Below, piece by piece: positions 62,742-64,000 of a stretch of 64,000 bases of DNA (the first letter of the stretch is position 1; each line of letters starts with the position of its first letter). Made by a program: the position numbers and the translations under genes. The notes under the pieces were generated by a model that saw nothing but the letters and a program-made list of their open reading frames with translations, searched no databases and was not told the origin of the DNA. Source of the DNA: Bacillota bacterium (GTDB lineage: Bacteria > Bacillota > Bacilli > Paenibacillales > NBRC-103111); contig JAEWMH010000080.1 of the NCBI GenBank assembly GCA_023393235.1, positions 5,157 to 69,156 on the forward strand, given 5' to 3'.

Positions 62742-64000
62742 ATGCTTTTTCGTCACAACCCCCGCTTAGCGGGGAGATTCCCCGGATTGAAGCTGACCCT
62801 GAAGCTGCGCTTGGGGATCGGCTTCGCTGCCATTATTGCCGTATTCGTAGTGGCAGCGGTTTTCAATAGCGGGCAAATCGGACGGATCCGCGCCAACATG
62901 GAAACCCAGGACAGCAAAGTCCGCTTGCAGATGCAGGCCCTTGAGCTGAAGGGTGCGGCCCAGGACATCAAGGATATTGCTTCCGGACTGATGATCTCCC
63001 GCACGCAAGCCTTTATCGACAAATACAAGGAAGCACGTCCTGTGTTTCTGGAGCAGTCCAAGCAGCTGGGAGACACCGCCTCCACCGAAGAGCAGCTGAA
63101 ATGGAGAAGCCAGCTGGTAATGGCCACCACGGATTATCTCAATATGTTCGACCAGGCAGTTACCATCATTTCCGATCCGAATCTGAAAGATGTAGAGAAG
63201 CAAATGAACACCCAATATCTTTATGAGGAAACCCAGAAGCAGCGGGACAAAATCTTCACGCTCACCGACCAGTTCTATACGGCCTTCAGCCAGGATGCCG
63301 AGTCAGCTATGGGGATCTCCCGGGAGACGCTGGACCAAAGCGCCGCGTCCATGTGGCTTTACTCTTTTCTGGCGATTATTCTGGGAGCAGCCGTCGCCGT
63401 TATTATCATTCTCTACTTTGGGCGGAGCATACGAAGGCTGCAGAATGCGGTTTCCGTTATTGCCGAAGGAAACCTGTCCCACAAGATCAACTCCTCCTCC
63501 CGGGATGAGCTGGGGCAGCTGAGCCGCGCCTTCGATACAATGGTGGACAAGGTGCGGGAGATGGTATTGGAAACCAAAGCCGCTGCCACTTCTCTGGATG
63601 AGCATTCCGGACAGTTCCAGCGTTATTCTCAGGACACCGCCTCTGCCAATGCCCATATCCTTACGGCTATCCAGGAGATCGCCAAAGGTGCGGGGCAGCA
63701 GGCTCAACAAGCGGAGAACAGCGCGGGAATCCTCGATCAGCTGGAACGGGAAATCGGCGATATCTGGGAATATGCCCGGCTGATGAGCCAAAGCGGCAAA
63801 GCCTCCCAGCAGAACACCAAGGATGGACAAACCTCTGTAGAAGCGCTGCAGAAGGCATCCATACAAACGGAGGAGCTGCTCCTCCAGGTGCAGCAATCCA
63901 TGGCAGGACTCTCCGAACATTCCTCGAAAATCGGAGCTATAGTGGGCACTATTGGAGAGATTGCTTCGCAAACCAATATCTTATCGTTGAATGCAGCCAT
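62742..64000 (+). CDS. methyl-accepting chemotaxis protein (5' part; runs off window)
   Basis: My own translation (absent from the ORF track because it has no stop): MLFRHNPRLAG..., TM, sensor domain, second TM, HAMP (AEGNLSHKINSSSRDELGQLSRAFDTMV), ending IASQTNILSLNAA. RBS is GGAGGG. Confidence 0.88.
   Translation, partial: MLFRHNPRLAGRFPGLKLTLKLRLGIGFAAIIAVFVVAAVFNSGQIGRIRANMETQDSKVRLQMQALELKGAAQDIKDIASGLMISRTQAFIDKYKEARPVFLEQSKQLGDTASTEEQLKWRSQLVMATTDYLNMFDQAVTIISDPNLKDVEKQMNTQYLYEETQKQRDKIFTLTDQFYTAFSQDAESAMGISRETLDQSAASMWLYSFLAIILGAAVAVIIILYFGRSIRRLQNAVSVIAEGNLSHKINSSSRDELGQLSRAFDTMVDKVREMVLETKAAATSLDEHSGQFQRYSQDTASANAHILTAIQEIAKGAGQQAQQAENSAGILDQLEREIGDIWEYARLMSQSGKASQQNTKDGQTSVEALQKASIQTEELLLQVQQSMAGLSEHSSKIGAIVGTIGEIASQTNILSLNAA

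Overview
The window looks like chromosomal DNA from an endospore-forming Bacillales organism with moderately high GC, most likely Paenibacillus. This is inferred from content only: an alpha/beta SASP, ytaF, an SLH cell-surface protein, and the pst-phoU ... polA-mutM-ytaF-coaE ... nrdR order known from Bacillus subtilis. Almost all genes are on the minus strand.

Gene content, left to right:
- a TetR-controlled ABC ATPase;
- two tandem paralogous MacB/FtsX-type (type VII) ABC pairs, placed divergently to a YtrA-like GntR-ABC operon;
- a roughly 1270-aa SLH surface protein;
- a WYL regulator divergent to a DinB-family gene;
- an AT-rich accessory patch with XRE regulators, two of them decayed;
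- a beta-lactamase-family hydrolase and a methyltransferase;
- hxlAB-hxlR (RuMP formaldehyde fixation);
- a MerR operon;
- an AT-rich islet with a small secreted PPC-like protein;
- an ABC ATPase translationally coupled to a 1350-aa FtsX permease fused to a complete M1 zinc-peptidase domain;
- tRNA-Ala(GGC);
- a GC-rich sugar-utilisation cluster (SBP, two permeases, YesM/YesN-type two-component system, GH3 NagZ-like enzyme);
- housekeeping genes nrdR, a SASP gene, an SLT-domain gene, coaE, ytaF, mutM and polA;
- a GGDEF/EAL protein;
- pstSCAB-phoU;
- the start of an MCP.

Most interesting items:
1. The FtsX-M1 peptidase fusion operon.
2. A dispersed family of about 190-230 bp nested-palindrome intergenic repeats, at least 7 full copies plus a solo unit. 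One copy is part of a roughly 320-bp duplication bracketing an AT-rich mini-gene. Another sits between a histidine kinase gene and its response regulator gene.
3. A duplicated tRNA-Ala 3'-end/terminator module that resembles an att scar.
4. Several well-defined operator/promoter architectures (YtrA-like, TetR, MerR with a 19-nt spacer, Pho boxes).

I found no CRISPR array, transposase, integrase or recognisable phage-defence genes. All family assignments come from motif reading and memory, not from database searches.
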